A stretch of DNA of 61,651 nucleotides, taken from a virus (lineage: Duplodnaviria; Caudoviricetes). The position numbers were made by a program, and so were the translations under genes. This document shows positions 1 through 9,833 of the stretch, one piece after another; position 1 is the first letter of the stretch; every line of letters starts with the position of its first letter. Location: IMG/VR virus record IMGVR_UViG_3300044448_003018, positions 1-61,651 of that record; one strand, given 5' to 3'. Under the pieces are notes generated by a model. It was not told the DNA's origin, ran no database searches, and worked only from the letters and a program-made list of their open reading frames with translations.

Positions 1-126
1 TTATAGATTTCAACACCTTCGTCTGTTTTTAAGAAAGCAGCAAATGCTGAGTAAGGGTTTTCATCAAAAGGTACATTCATTAGTTTTCTACCGTTTGTTC
101 CCCATGTAAACGTTCTTTGATCTTGA
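1..126. repeat. Terminal direct repeat, copy 1 (assembly circularity overlap)
   Basis: Bases 1-126 are identical to 61523-61648; the last 3 bases of the window then diverge. Confidence 0.95.
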
Positions 127-806
127 GACAAGTTAATTATACCTGCTTCAGTAGCTCTAATGGCTATATTTCTTAATTGAACATTTTCATCATTTGCTAA
201 ACTAATAAACAACGCTGGGTTGCTTCTAGCAAATAAAAGTAAATCTCTTTTTAACTCTTTAGAGCTCATGTTATTTACTTTTGAACCAAGTTCAACTCTT
301 AATATAGCTTCTGCTTGATCTATATCTATATTTCTAGCTGCGTTTAAAGCATCAATTTGCATATCTAATATGCTTAATTGATCTTCAGCTTCTGCAACTG
401 AACTAAACTCTTCATATAGTCTGCCTTTTAAAGGGTGATATAAAGAAAGTAGTTTTTGTAAGTTTTGCTTTTCTTTTGGTACTTTTAAATCTCCATCTCT
501 AAATATGATGTGACCTAAAGTTGCTTCACCTTTTTGTTCTTCTACAAATGGTGAATCTTGGTTGGTTGCATATCTAATTTCTTTTTGTTTACCTGTATTT
601 TTGTCAAAATACAATAAAGCGTGTTTTTTAGTATGCTTACTAGGTATTGTTAATGTTAGTGGATTTTTTTTACCTGTTAAATAATAAACCCTATCTTTTA
701 TTTCCCAACTAGGTTTAGTTGGTTTTGTTTCTTTTTTTGGCGCAGTTTTTACTGCTACCTCTTGAGGTGCAACCTCAACAGCTTCTGCTTGAGCTTTTTT
801 AGCCAT
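1..806 (-). CDS. Conserved hypothetical protein downstream of the major capsid gene, about 275 aa; it wraps across the circular junction and ends at 61501
   Basis: ATG at 806 (MAKKAQAEAVEVAPQ...), open to base 1, and continues via the terminal repeat to ...EGVEIYKSIDKKL* with the stop at 61501-61503. Confidence 0.85.
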   Translation of the reverse strand, partial: MAKKAQAEAVEVAPQEVAVKTAPKKETKPTKPSWEIKDRVYYLTGKKNPLTLTIPSKHTKKHALLYFDKNTGKQKEIRYATNQDSPFVEEQKGEATLGHIIFRDGDLKVPKEKQNLQKLLSLYHPLKGRLYEEFSSVAEAEDQLSILDMQIDALNAARNIDIDQAEAILRVELGSKVNNMSSKELKRDLLLFARSNPALFISLANDENVQLRNIAIRATEAGIINLSQDQRTFTWGTNGRKLMNVPFDENPYSAFAAFLKTDEGVEIY

Positions 807-836
807 GATATAATAAAATTAAATAATTAATAAAAA

Positions 837-870
837 ATCCTAGGGCTACACTCACTTTGTAACCCTAAGA
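837..870 (-). terminator. Intrinsic terminator after the major capsid gene
   Basis: Minus-strand TAGGGTTACA-AAGTGAG-TGTAGCCCTA hairpin followed by GGATTTTTT. Confidence 0.7.
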
Positions 871-887
871 TTTATTTTAAGAAGTAA

Positions 888-2369
888 TTACACTCCTTTG
901 AAAAGTACAAAGTTGTTAGCAGCTTGTGTTACTAAACATCTTTCAGATAGGAAGTTTACTTCCATAGCATCTAAAGTAGATGTAAATGCACCACCAGCAG
1001 AACCAGTTAACCAAGACTTCATTCTTCTGTCGTCAGCTTGAGAAGCTCTATAACGCACGTGTAAGAAAGGTCTACGGATGTTAGTTCCTAACACTTGATC
1101 GTATACAGTTGATGTTCCAGCAGGTATTAATACACCTTCGATAGAATTAATTCCAGCGATAGCGCCACGAGTTGAAGCATCGTTTAAGTATTTCCAATCA
1201 GTTTTGTAGAAATCATAAGAACCTCTTCTGAAACCGCTAAAACCTAAGTTTAATGCCATTTCTTCTGAGTTTTCAAATAATCCAAATGCAGTACCTCCAG
1301 CAGTACCACCAGAAATTGAAGCTAGCATATCATCAAAATCCAAAGCAGTTTGTCTTTGTAAAAATAACATGTTTTCTTCAATAGCTCCTTGAGTATCTAA
1401 GTTTTTAAGAATAGCATCAAAGTCATCGATTCCAGCAGCAGCAGTAAATCCTACTTGTACATTACCTCTGTCTTCAATAGCAGCAAATAAACCTTCAGTA
1501 CCTGCTAATTTTAAAGTTGTAGCAGCATTTATACCTGCATTTTTCTCACCTTCTACCATAGACATTTCTAAGTAATCTTCAAAACGTAATCTTGTTTCAG
1601 ACTCAGCTTTTAAGTACCATAAATATCCAGAAGCACCATCTTCAGTTGCAACTTCTACCCAACCGATTTGAGCCATATCAGAACCAGATACTACGTATTG
1701 GCTTCTAATAATAATTGGCGTATTTGAATACTGTTGGAAAGCAGGATCTACAGAAACATATCCGTTAGCAGCAGCACCAGCAGCAGCAGTATTTCTATCT
1801 AAAGCTATACCTTTTTCGTAAGCAGAACCATATACAAATACTTTTAATTGAGTTGCACCAATAGTACATCCATTAGCTGCGTTTTCCAATGCAAGATTAT
1901 TAAAAGGCTCAACGACTATAGTAGTGGCACCAGCACCAGGAGTACTAGCAGAAACAAAACATTTAGCCTCACCACCTGTTACAGTATCTAAAACAACTAC
2001 AGTGTCGCTTGGAGATATAACGTTATTTACACCCGCTGGAATAGTAAGCACGTTACCGTTAGCAGGAGCTACACCAACACCACCACCAGTAGCGGAACAA
2101 CCGTCATAAGCAATGTGTAATCTATTTTGTTCAGACCAAATTACTTGATCAGATGTCATTGGCATTTCAGCGCCAACCATTCTTAAGAAGCCAGATAACG
2201 TTCTGTTTCCATAACGCTCTACTTCTTGTTCGTAAACTTCTGGTAAATACTGCTGAGCAAATGTGTCAGTGTATCCAGCACCACCGTCGTTAAATTTTAG
2301 ATAGTTACTATTTAAAATCTCTTGTGTTTGAGATGGAATAATACTACCAAATTGAGGAGTTAAACTCAT
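888..2369 (-). CDS. Major capsid protein
   Basis: 493 aa, position after terminase-portal-scaffold, followed by a terminator; HK97-type MCP size and character. Confidence 0.8.
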   Translation of the reverse strand: MSLTPQFGSIIPSQTQEILNSNYLKFNDGGAGYTDTFAQQYLPEVYEQEVERYGNRTLSGFLRMVGAEMPMTSDQVIWSEQNRLHIAYDGCSATGGGVGVAPANGNVLTIPAGVNNVISPSDTVVVLDTVTGGEAKCFVSASTPGAGATTIVVEPFNNLALENAANGCTIGATQLKVFVYGSAYEKGIALDRNTAAAGAAANGYVSVDPAFQQYSNTPIIIRSQYVVSGSDMAQIGWVEVATEDGASGYLWYLKAESETRLRFEDYLEMSMVEGEKNAGINAATTLKLAGTEGLFAAIEDRGNVQVGFTAAAGIDDFDAILKNLDTQGAIEENMLFLQRQTALDFDDMLASISGGTAGGTAFGLFENSEEMALNLGFSGFRRGSYDFYKTDWKYLNDASTRGAIAGINSIEGVLIPAGTSTVYDQVLGTNIRRPFLHVRYRASQADDRRMKSWLTGSAGGAFTSTLDAMEVNFLSERCLVTQAANNFVLFKGV

Positions 2370-2384
2370 AATTTTAATTTTTTA

Positions 2385-3599
2385 TTAGTTAAATTTTTTA
2401 GTTTTTATTTTAAGTTTTGTAGAATCAGCACCTGAAATAGCTTTAACTTTAAATCCGTTAATAAACACATCACCTTGAGAAGTTCTAGCCTTAGTGTCAC
2501 TCAAGTTTTTTGATTTGTTTACAACTTCTTTTACAGCATCTGCCTTTCCTTGCTCATAAAAATGAGAGGCAATTTTATCTACATTTTCAGCAGCATAAAT
2601 AGCTTTATGATAACCATTAACATCTTTAACATTACCAGATTCGTCTAGGAACTTCCCAACGAGGTTTGTTATATCAGACTGGTTTTCGGCAACTTTATCT
2701 TTGTTTTGAATATTGTACTTATATTTCTTTTCACCAACACTGATATCAAAACCTTTGAAATCATCGCTAAAAAGCTTTTTTGTACTATCTTTAAACATTT
2801 TATGTTGTTGCTCAGCTTGTTCTTGCTCCTTATTATATCTATTGAAAAAATCCATAGCTTTTTGTTGTTCTTGAGTAACGCCCGGTCTCAACTTGATCTC
2901 GTCGTAATATTTACTCTTTGTTTCCTCTAAAAAGTTTTTGGCTTTTGCAACTTCTTCTTTAAACGCAAGTTTCTTTTTGCGTATATCTTTATCTTCATCT
3001 ATATCTTCATCGTACTCAAAATCTTCCAACAAAAGATCAAGATCTTCAGAATCTAGATAAGGTTTATTTTTTTTGTAATACTCTTTAATAAGAGTTTTGT
3101 CGTCTACATTGCTATAATCAGCATTCAAACGAGTATAATCTTCTATTGTCCCACCAGTTTCTTCCATAAACGAAACTAACTTTTCAATATTTTCTGGCAA
3201 TGGTTTGCCTAATACTTTTTCATCTCTTATAGCTTCTTTAACTTCAGCTTCAACTTCTTTAACTTCAGCTTCTGTTACTTCTTGGATCGGAGAAAACCCT
3301 TCAGTAGTCTCGTTGGACTCTTGTATAGGTTCTCCCACCTCTGTGCTATCTCCGGATGGTTCTTCCACAGATACCTCCTTTGTTTCTCCGATTTGAATGG
3401 CATCTTTTTTTTCTTCTTGTTTTGGAATTACTACTTTTTTAACCTCAGGTTCTAATTCAACCAAAGGTTCTTTAGGATTAATATTAACTTTAGTAATATT
3501 ATCTTTAGTTTCGTTTAATTTTCTAGGTGTTTTCTTTTTAGTTTTTAACTTAAAGTCACCTTCCTGTTTAACAGGTTCATTTGTTTTTACTTCTGACAT
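2385..3599 (-). CDS. Capsid scaffolding/assembly protein
   Basis: Very acidic, coiled-coil, 404 aa, between portal and MCP. Confidence 0.65.
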   Translation of the reverse strand: MSEVKTNEPVKQEGDFKLKTKKKTPRKLNETKDNITKVNINPKEPLVELEPEVKKVVIPKQEEKKDAIQIGETKEVSVEEPSGDSTEVGEPIQESNETTEGFSPIQEVTEAEVKEVEAEVKEAIRDEKVLGKPLPENIEKLVSFMEETGGTIEDYTRLNADYSNVDDKTLIKEYYKKNKPYLDSEDLDLLLEDFEYDEDIDEDKDIRKKKLAFKEEVAKAKNFLEETKSKYYDEIKLRPGVTQEQQKAMDFFNRYNKEQEQAEQQHKMFKDSTKKLFSDDFKGFDISVGEKKYKYNIQNKDKVAENQSDITNLVGKFLDESGNVKDVNGYHKAIYAAENVDKIASHFYEQGKADAVKEVVNKSKNLSDTKARTSQGDVFINGFKVKAISGADSTKLKIKTKKFN

Positions 3600-3631
3600 A
3601 ATATAATATAATTAAATAATTAAATAAACGT

Positions 3632-6019
3632 TTACATAAACGCTCCCATACCAGCATCTGGCTGGTTCTCGAAATCAATTGGTAAGCCGTCATTTTTTCT
3701 TTGGCTTATCATTTCACTTTGTTGCGTACCTTCCATTTTTATACGCTTGTCTTTTCTATTTTCTTTTTCAGTTTCTTTTTGCGTTTGCATTTGAGTTTCC
3801 ACTTGCTTTAATTGCATGTCAAGTTGATGTTGCATTTGCATTTTTTGTTGATCAAGTTTCGCTTGAACTTCCATTTTTTTAATTTCCATTTCAGTTCTAG
3901 CTTGCTCATATTGTACTTTAGACCCAGATATTGCTTCTTGTTTTTGAACTTCAGCCATAGCTGTTTTTTCAGCTGTTTCAGCTTGAGCAGCCGCTTGAGC
4001 TTGAATATTAGATTGCTGAACTTGCATATCTTCTTTTTGCTTACGCTTACGCTTAATTTTAAGCATTTGATTAGCAAGTTTAATATTTTTTATTTGACGT
4101 AAATCTATAGCGTCATCTAAATCAATATTACCTGCTTGTAAAGCAACTTGAATATTAGCCTCTAATTTAGCTTGCTCTTCTTCATCTGGCTCCAATTCTA
4201 AGAATATACCAAAATCATGTAAATTTAAATCTTCTACTTGTCTTAGTGTCTCAACATTAAAAGCAGATATTGAATTTTTTAATGACTCTGCAGTTAATGG
4301 AAACTCTAAAGCATCAGCTATTTTCAAAGCAATGTTTTCAGCTATTCTAAGAGTTATATATAAACTTGATTGATTTATATGTCTAGTAGCTGTATTTGAA
4401 GCATTAGCTGCTAATTTTTGTAATCCAACTAATGTATTGCGATCAGGCAGACTACCGTCTCTTGCTTCATTAAGCCCGGTTACATCACGTATCATTTGTA
4501 AGTAATATTGATACGTAGTAATTAAACTTTGTATTTTAGCACCACCACTACTACTTTGTAGTTCTTGAATTGGTACTTTACCTCTATTAAGTTCACCATC
4601 TTGAGTTAACGATCTACCAACAATAGAACCTGTTTGAAAATACATGTTTAATGCTTCAGCAGGATTATAATTAGTACCATTACCAAGATCAACTTCAGCT
4701 AAACCGTCCATATCTAAATATACACCATCTGGTACCATACGAGATAAAACTTGCTGGAGTTTTAAATGTGTTATTTGAATCATATCAGCAAAGCCAATAC
4801 ATTTACTAACTAGTGAATCAATTCTACCTTTATACATGCGTGGTGCACATATAGAGTAATTCATTTCAACTTTTGTTGTATCAGCATATGGTCTTGACAT
4901 GTTTTCAGCAAGTTCCCATTTTAACAATGTATCAGTTCCTAAAACCTTAGCACCACTATATAATACTTCAATAGATCTAGATACTCTTTCAAACATATCA
5001 CTTTCTGGAGGATTAAATGTATCAGGCTTTTCAATAGCTTTCATTAATCCTTGATCTGTTTGCTTTATTTTAAATACTTGATTATGGTATGTTTTATAAT
5101 CAAAATATAAAACTTGTACAGTATTCTCATCATAACCACCCCAACCTGTAACATATTGTCTGTTACCTGGCATAGCTTGTATTCTTTTTAACTCTTCTTC
5201 AGATATATTTGGAAACTCTTTTTTAAGTTCTGGTATTGTTATTGATTTTATTTCTCCAACATAATATATATCTTCAAAATTAGGATCTTCAGTATATGAA
5301 TAAACCATATATGCAGGATCTACATAATCAACTGTTATGCCGTTTGATGTGTTAAAATTAGTTTTACAAGCAGCAATACCACATACTGCTAAATCCATAT
5401 TTAATCTTCTTCTAACTAAGTTATATTTATTTTGAGCCATAACAGAAGATATTGCTTCTTCTTCTGCTATTTCAATAGCTTGTTTATAACCTAATTGCAT
5501 ATGAAGTTCTAACTCTTCTTCTGTTTCAGGAACTACATCAGGATTTGGTGTTTGATATAAATCAATACCCAGGGTATTTTTTATGTTTTCAATATATTCT
5601 TTTGCTAACATATCTTCATACATTTTAGAAGCGTATGAAGTTCTTTTTTTAACGGAGCTAGGATCTTGAGCGTAAGCTTTTATTTCATAAGCTTTTTGCG
5701 ATATACCATTAACTACAATATCTACAAACTTTGATAAAATAGGTACTGGCTTCCAGTCTAAATTTAAATAAGACAAATCACCATTAATTGATAATTCATC
5801 TTTGTATTTTTGTATGGGTTGTTCACCTCTAGCGTAAAGTCTTAAAGTGTTAAAGTTATTCCAGTTTGTTAAATATCTGTTACCGTTAACTCTTCCAGAT
5901 TTAAACCACTCGTATTCAATAGCCATAGCAACTTGACTGCCATATTCCCAACTTGCTTTTTCAGCATCACTTACTACTTGACTAGGAAAAGCGCTATTTG
6001 AGTTAGTATATATATTCAT
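3632..6019 (-). CDS. Portal protein
   Basis: 795 aa directly after terminase; helical, with a Q/K-rich C-terminal coiled coil as in podovirus portals. Confidence 0.8.
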   Translation of the reverse strand: MNIYTNSNSAFPSQVVSDAEKASWEYGSQVAMAIEYEWFKSGRVNGNRYLTNWNNFNTLRLYARGEQPIQKYKDELSINGDLSYLNLDWKPVPILSKFVDIVVNGISQKAYEIKAYAQDPSSVKKRTSYASKMYEDMLAKEYIENIKNTLGIDLYQTPNPDVVPETEEELELHMQLGYKQAIEIAEEEAISSVMAQNKYNLVRRRLNMDLAVCGIAACKTNFNTSNGITVDYVDPAYMVYSYTEDPNFEDIYYVGEIKSITIPELKKEFPNISEEELKRIQAMPGNRQYVTGWGGYDENTVQVLYFDYKTYHNQVFKIKQTDQGLMKAIEKPDTFNPPESDMFERVSRSIEVLYSGAKVLGTDTLLKWELAENMSRPYADTTKVEMNYSICAPRMYKGRIDSLVSKCIGFADMIQITHLKLQQVLSRMVPDGVYLDMDGLAEVDLGNGTNYNPAEALNMYFQTGSIVGRSLTQDGELNRGKVPIQELQSSSGGAKIQSLITTYQYYLQMIRDVTGLNEARDGSLPDRNTLVGLQKLAANASNTATRHINQSSLYITLRIAENIALKIADALEFPLTAESLKNSISAFNVETLRQVEDLNLHDFGIFLELEPDEEEQAKLEANIQVALQAGNIDLDDAIDLRQIKNIKLANQMLKIKRKRKQKEDMQVQQSNIQAQAAAQAETAEKTAMAEVQKQEAISGSKVQYEQARTEMEIKKMEVQAKLDQQKMQMQHQLDMQLKQVETQMQTQKETEKENRKDKRIKMEGTQQSEMISQRKNDGLPIDFENQPDAGMGAFM

Positions 6020-8230
6020 TTAACTTATAATTTTTGATGAAGTTCCCCTATTGTCATATCGTTTAATTCCTAAATCAACAGGTTGTAATTTTGTTTTGTT
6101 TACTGGTGAATACCTATGCTTATTACAAGCCATTAAAGCTAAACCAGAACTAATAGAAGCATCGTGACGTGTTCTATTATTAATATTAAATTTAGCCCAG
6201 TCTTCTAACGTTTTTTGAAAATACATATCACCATAACCAGATTCTTTTAAACCTACAAATGTTTCTATATATGTTTCTATTGCTGAAGCGTGAGCTTGCT
6301 TTATATCCTCACTTGAGTTTGGTATACCACCTAACTCTCTTTCTGTTATTGATAGTTTATTATATTTTCTATCAGGTCTGTTCATTGAAAATCCTCTATA
6401 ACCTCGTTTTTTTAAATAATACAAAAGTCTAGGTTTATTATTTTCAATTAATATAGGCATGCCATAAAAAACACAGGCCATTAGTACATCTTCAAAAAAT
6501 ATTTCAGCTGTTTGAGGTCTAGCTATATATTCTAAAAAGAAATGATTAGATGGTGCGTCTTCCATAGAAAATTTTGTTAAGCCATGTAAAGATCCTTTCG
6601 AACCTCTTTTATCAACAGTTCCTGATATATCATAAGGGTCACATCCAAAAGCACCTATATGCTCATTACCAGGATAATTTGTATTATTTTTTCTATATCT
6701 TTTGTTTTGCAAATGAACAGGAGGAACCCAGCTAACGTTAAATCTACCACTTTTGTTAGGAACAAATATAACTTTTGTATCTTGTTCTGCATTTTCCCAT
6801 TGAAAACTACCTTGCGTAATATTAATAGAATTACGCATGTCCTCGTTAAAATCTATTTGTTCATAAATTTTAGTTAGATTAAATAAAGATTCTTTTGATT
6901 CATCTCTAAACGCATGCTTTTCAGTACGTGGAAACTGTCTATAAAATTCATTTAAAGCATCTTGATCTTGCTTTAATCCTTCCACTTCGTTGTCCCAATA
7001 TTCTATTACACCTAAATCTATAATTTCACCTTGTGGTCCTTCAACAGATTTGTTTGGTGTTTGGAAGACAGGTATGCCATAAGAATCAATGTATCCTTCG
7101 TAATTCCATTCCATAGGTATGAACAAGCTATATAATCCAGAACGAGTTTGTCCATTTGCGTTTCGTTGTGTAACATCTGAGTCATTATATAGTTTTTTAA
7201 AGTTATCACCACCTTTATCTAATGAGTTTGATGTTGAACCCATCATACATTTACCTATAATTCTACTACCTAATCGTAAGCAGGTTTTCGTGACCCTCCA
7301 GTTGTTGAGGATGTTCGTCGGACGTTCCCACTTGCCGCTTTCATCGTGGACGAGGAGTTTAAGCTTCTCACCGTCGTACGAGTTGTCGCCTGTGTTTTTC
7401 CAATCGATCGTGGTGTCGAGACCGTCGATCTCTTGTAATTGCTGGTTCGTCTCGAGTTTCTTACGCGTGTACTTTGTTGCGGGTACTCTGTACGCGAGCT
7501 CTGTCTTTGGACGGTCCATTCCGTCCTGAATTGGTTTGAAAAAGAAGGGGTAATTAACCGATATCGGTACCACCTTGTCGGTAAACATCTTCTTGGCATC
7601 AGGACCAGACTTTGATAATATCCCAAACCTAGAGTCGCTTGATATTGTTGCCATATTAACGCACTCCCCGGACGCCATAAAGGAAAACCCAGAACGTCTG
7701 TTCTTAAGGTAACACATTCCATAGGATCTAGGATCGGCCTTACAAGCCTCCCAGAATATGTAAAATAATCTGTTCGATTCGCGGAAGTCTGGTTGACCGA
7801 CATCAATTTTACTCCACTGCAAGTACATGTAATGAGTACCAGTAATATAAGTAGCATTGCCTTTGTTATAAAACCAAAAACCTTGCTCTCTTCTATTAAA
7901 TTCCTCATCAATGTAATCATACCATTTTTCTTTAAAATCTAGTGGATATTGTTCCCAGTCAAAAACAGATTTAATTTTTTTTAAAACTTTAGGATATGGT
8001 GTGTATTCCCACTTATCTGTTTCAAACTTATGTATTTTATTTTCTACAGGTAAAGCTATTTTTAGGTTTTGTATTTCATATACTTCACCTATTTTACCTG
8101 TTCTGCTTATTACAACAATATCATGTTCTTTATTGTATCCATACTCCCATTTGCTATACCTGTTCATTCGTTTAAGAACTTTAGGTTTAATATGGTCTTT
8201 TAAAACTTTATATAAACTTTGTTCGTACAT
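6020..8230 (-). CDS. terL: Terminase large subunit
   Basis: Walker A-like KNRRSGFS, Walker B LLVHDESGK, motif III GSTSN, RNase H-like GCDPY and C-terminal HDASISSG. Confidence 0.9.
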   Translation of the reverse strand: MYEQSLYKVLKDHIKPKVLKRMNRYSKWEYGYNKEHDIVVISRTGKIGEVYEIQNLKIALPVENKIHKFETDKWEYTPYPKVLKKIKSVFDWEQYPLDFKEKWYDYIDEEFNRREQGFWFYNKGNATYITGTHYMYLQWSKIDVGQPDFRESNRLFYIFWEACKADPRSYGMCYLKNRRSGFSFMASGECVNMATISSDSRFGILSKSGPDAKKMFTDKVVPISVNYPFFFKPIQDGMDRPKTELAYRVPATKYTRKKLETNQQLQEIDGLDTTIDWKNTGDNSYDGEKLKLLVHDESGKWERPTNILNNWRVTKTCLRLGSRIIGKCMMGSTSNSLDKGGDNFKKLYNDSDVTQRNANGQTRSGLYSLFIPMEWNYEGYIDSYGIPVFQTPNKSVEGPQGEIIDLGVIEYWDNEVEGLKQDQDALNEFYRQFPRTEKHAFRDESKESLFNLTKIYEQIDFNEDMRNSINITQGSFQWENAEQDTKVIFVPNKSGRFNVSWVPPVHLQNKRYRKNNTNYPGNEHIGAFGCDPYDISGTVDKRGSKGSLHGLTKFSMEDAPSNHFFLEYIARPQTAEIFFEDVLMACVFYGMPILIENNKPRLLYYLKKRGYRGFSMNRPDRKYNKLSITERELGGIPNSSEDIKQAHASAIETYIETFVGLKESGYGDMYFQKTLEDWAKFNINNRTRHDASISSGLALMACNKHRYSPVNKTKLQPVDLGIKRYDNRGTSSKIIS

Positions 8231-8505
8231 TACTTAGATCTACCTTCTGCAAAACCTTTAAAAGTTCTTTCTTCTTTAACTTCTTTTGGTTTTTCGTTTA
8301 ATAAGTTTTCTTCTTCTTCGATACGACTAAGTATTTCAAACGCATCGAATATAGCAAGCTTTTTTGTAGCTGCAGCATTTTTAAGTCTATCAGCTGATAT
8401 ATCATCATCTGAATCAACGATAGCTTCTTTAGCTACTTTGATCAACTCTTCCACTGCTCTCTGCCCAGCTTGGATTATATTCTTCTTCGTCTCCTTGGTA
8501 TTCAT
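8230..8505 (-). CDS. Probable terminase small subunit
   Basis: 91-aa helical protein translationally coupled upstream of terL. Confidence 0.5.
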   Translation of the reverse strand: MNTKETKKNIIQAGQRAVEELIKVAKEAIVDSDDDISADRLKNAAATKKLAIFDAFEILSRIEEEENLLNEKPKEVKEERTFKGFAEGRSK

Positions 8506-9055
8506 ACTTAATTACAATATCATTTGATTTCATACAATAAAGTCGTTTGTCTTCGACTAAAAACTCCCATTCACTGTTGGGAGTAAATCCTACAAGATCA
8601 CCTGGACTTATATTAAGCGCTTCTAAAGACTTGTTACCATATTTAAGTATACCAATAAGGCTTGCCTCTTTATCTAGTGTTAGATCTTGTTTGCTTTTTA
8701 TAGGTGTTATAAAGCATCTATCGTTTATAGTCTTCCAATTGTTTTTATTTTTATATAAATAAATTTGGTCAACTGCGCAGAAATAATAATCATCTTTAAA
8801 ATAAGATCTGCTTTTTTTCTTTTCACCTCTCATATCATAAAATGTTCTAAATACATTTTGATGTATGATTATTAAAGCACCTTTCTTTATAGGTGTTGAA
8901 AAAGCAGCTGGGGTTTCTACAACCCTAGCTAATCTGTTTACAAACTTCCAGTTTTCTATTTTAGTATTTACAACTAATTTTTTATCACCTACTTTAACAG
9001 TATTACTGTATTTATCGCCAACTGGTTCAACGATAAAATCATATAGACTCTTCAT
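8429..9055 (-). CDS. GroES-like (co-chaperonin fold) protein
   Basis: Two GroES-like beta segments (LYDFIVEP...IKKGALII; INDRCFITP...ISPGDLVGF...MKSNDI). Confidence 0.5.
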   Translation of the reverse strand: MKSLYDFIVEPVGDKYSNTVKVGDKKLVVNTKIENWKFVNRLARVVETPAAFSTPIKKGALIIIHQNVFRTFYDMRGEKKKSRSYFKDDYYFCAVDQIYLYKNKNNWKTINDRCFITPIKSKQDLTLDKEASLIGILKYGNKSLEALNISPGDLVGFTPNSEWEFLVEDKRLYCMKSNDIVIKYEYQGDEEEYNPSWAESSGRVDQSS

Positions 9056-9282
9056 TAATACTCTAAATCATACTCAACTGATACTGCCATGTTAGAGTTG
9101 AATTTCTTCCACGGCAATACCTCGTTGCTTTTCTTTATATGTATGTTATAAGAATTGTCAAACTCATTAAATAAAATATATGCTATTTCATGACCACCAT
9201 AAACCTGTTGGCCTACAGAGTAGTGCATAGCATCGTTTTTATAATCAGATCCAATACTGATTTTTCTTATAACAGAATCCAT
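9055..9282 (-). CDS. Hypothetical protein
   Basis: 75 aa, coupled to both neighbours (TAATG overlaps). Confidence 0.75.
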   Translation of the reverse strand: MDSVIRKISIGSDYKNDAMHYSVGQQVYGGHEIAYILFNEFDNSYNIHIKKSNEVLPWKKFNSNMAVSVEYDLEY

Positions 9283-9524
9283 TATGCTTCTGTTTCTTCT
9301 TCTTTTATTTCAGTATACTCACCTGTTTTTAAGTCGATATTTATTTTACCGTACTCTTCTTCAAGCGCTGCTTTATACTTTTCTAATTCTTCGTTTACTT
9401 CAGCTACTTTATGAAGTAAAGCGTGTTTTTGTGTTTCTAGAACTCCAATATTATTTAATATTGCACCTAGTTCTTCTTGGTGTTTAACAATTATTTCTAA
9501 TTGTTCTTCTGTAATTTTTGACAT
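9282..9524 (-). CDS. Hypothetical coiled-coil protein
   Basis: 80 aa, A-rich leader, first gene after a promoter-like motif. Confidence 0.75.
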   Translation of the reverse strand: MSKITEEQLEIIVKHQEELGAILNNIGVLETQKHALLHKVAEVNEELEKYKAALEEEYGKINIDLKTGEYTEIKEEETEA

Positions 9525-9558
9525 TTAATTTAATTTAAGTTAATTGTTTTATATTTAT

Positions 9559-9586
9559 ATAGTTACACCTGTTTTAACAAATCTAC
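9559..9586 (-). promoter_or_regulatory. Putative middle/late promoter GTAGAT-N14-GTAACTAT
   Basis: One of six intergenic copies of RTWRRW-N14-GTRAnwmT. Confidence 0.55.
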
Positions 9587-9831
9587 TAAGAAGGTAAATC
9601 TTCGTAGTCATCAGCATAATCTTCAGGCAAATAAGATTCCATTTTAGTAATTTGTTCTGAAGTTAATTCATCTTTATAAAAGTCATTTGCTAAAACCCAC
9701 TTAAAATGTTCTTTAATTGCTTCAACATTATCATTAGCACCTATTTCACTTAATTGGTGTGGTATTTGTGAAGTAATTATTTCTTTATGACTTTCTTCTG
9801 TGTTTTCAGATGTTATTCCGTTTCTAAACAT
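9586..9831 (-). CDS. Hypothetical protein, possible tail-fibre accessory
   Basis: 81-aa acidic ORF directly after the tail fibre. Confidence 0.6.
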   Translation of the reverse strand: MFRNGITSENTEESHKEIITSQIPHQLSEIGANDNVEAIKEHFKWVLANDFYKDELTSEQITKMESYLPEDYADDYEDLPS

Positions 9832-9833
9832 TT

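Noticed and set aside
1-126. Terminal repeat as a biological DTR
   Set aside because: It falls in the middle of a gene and its length resembles an assembler k-mer overlap, so it indicates circular assembly rather than physical ends.
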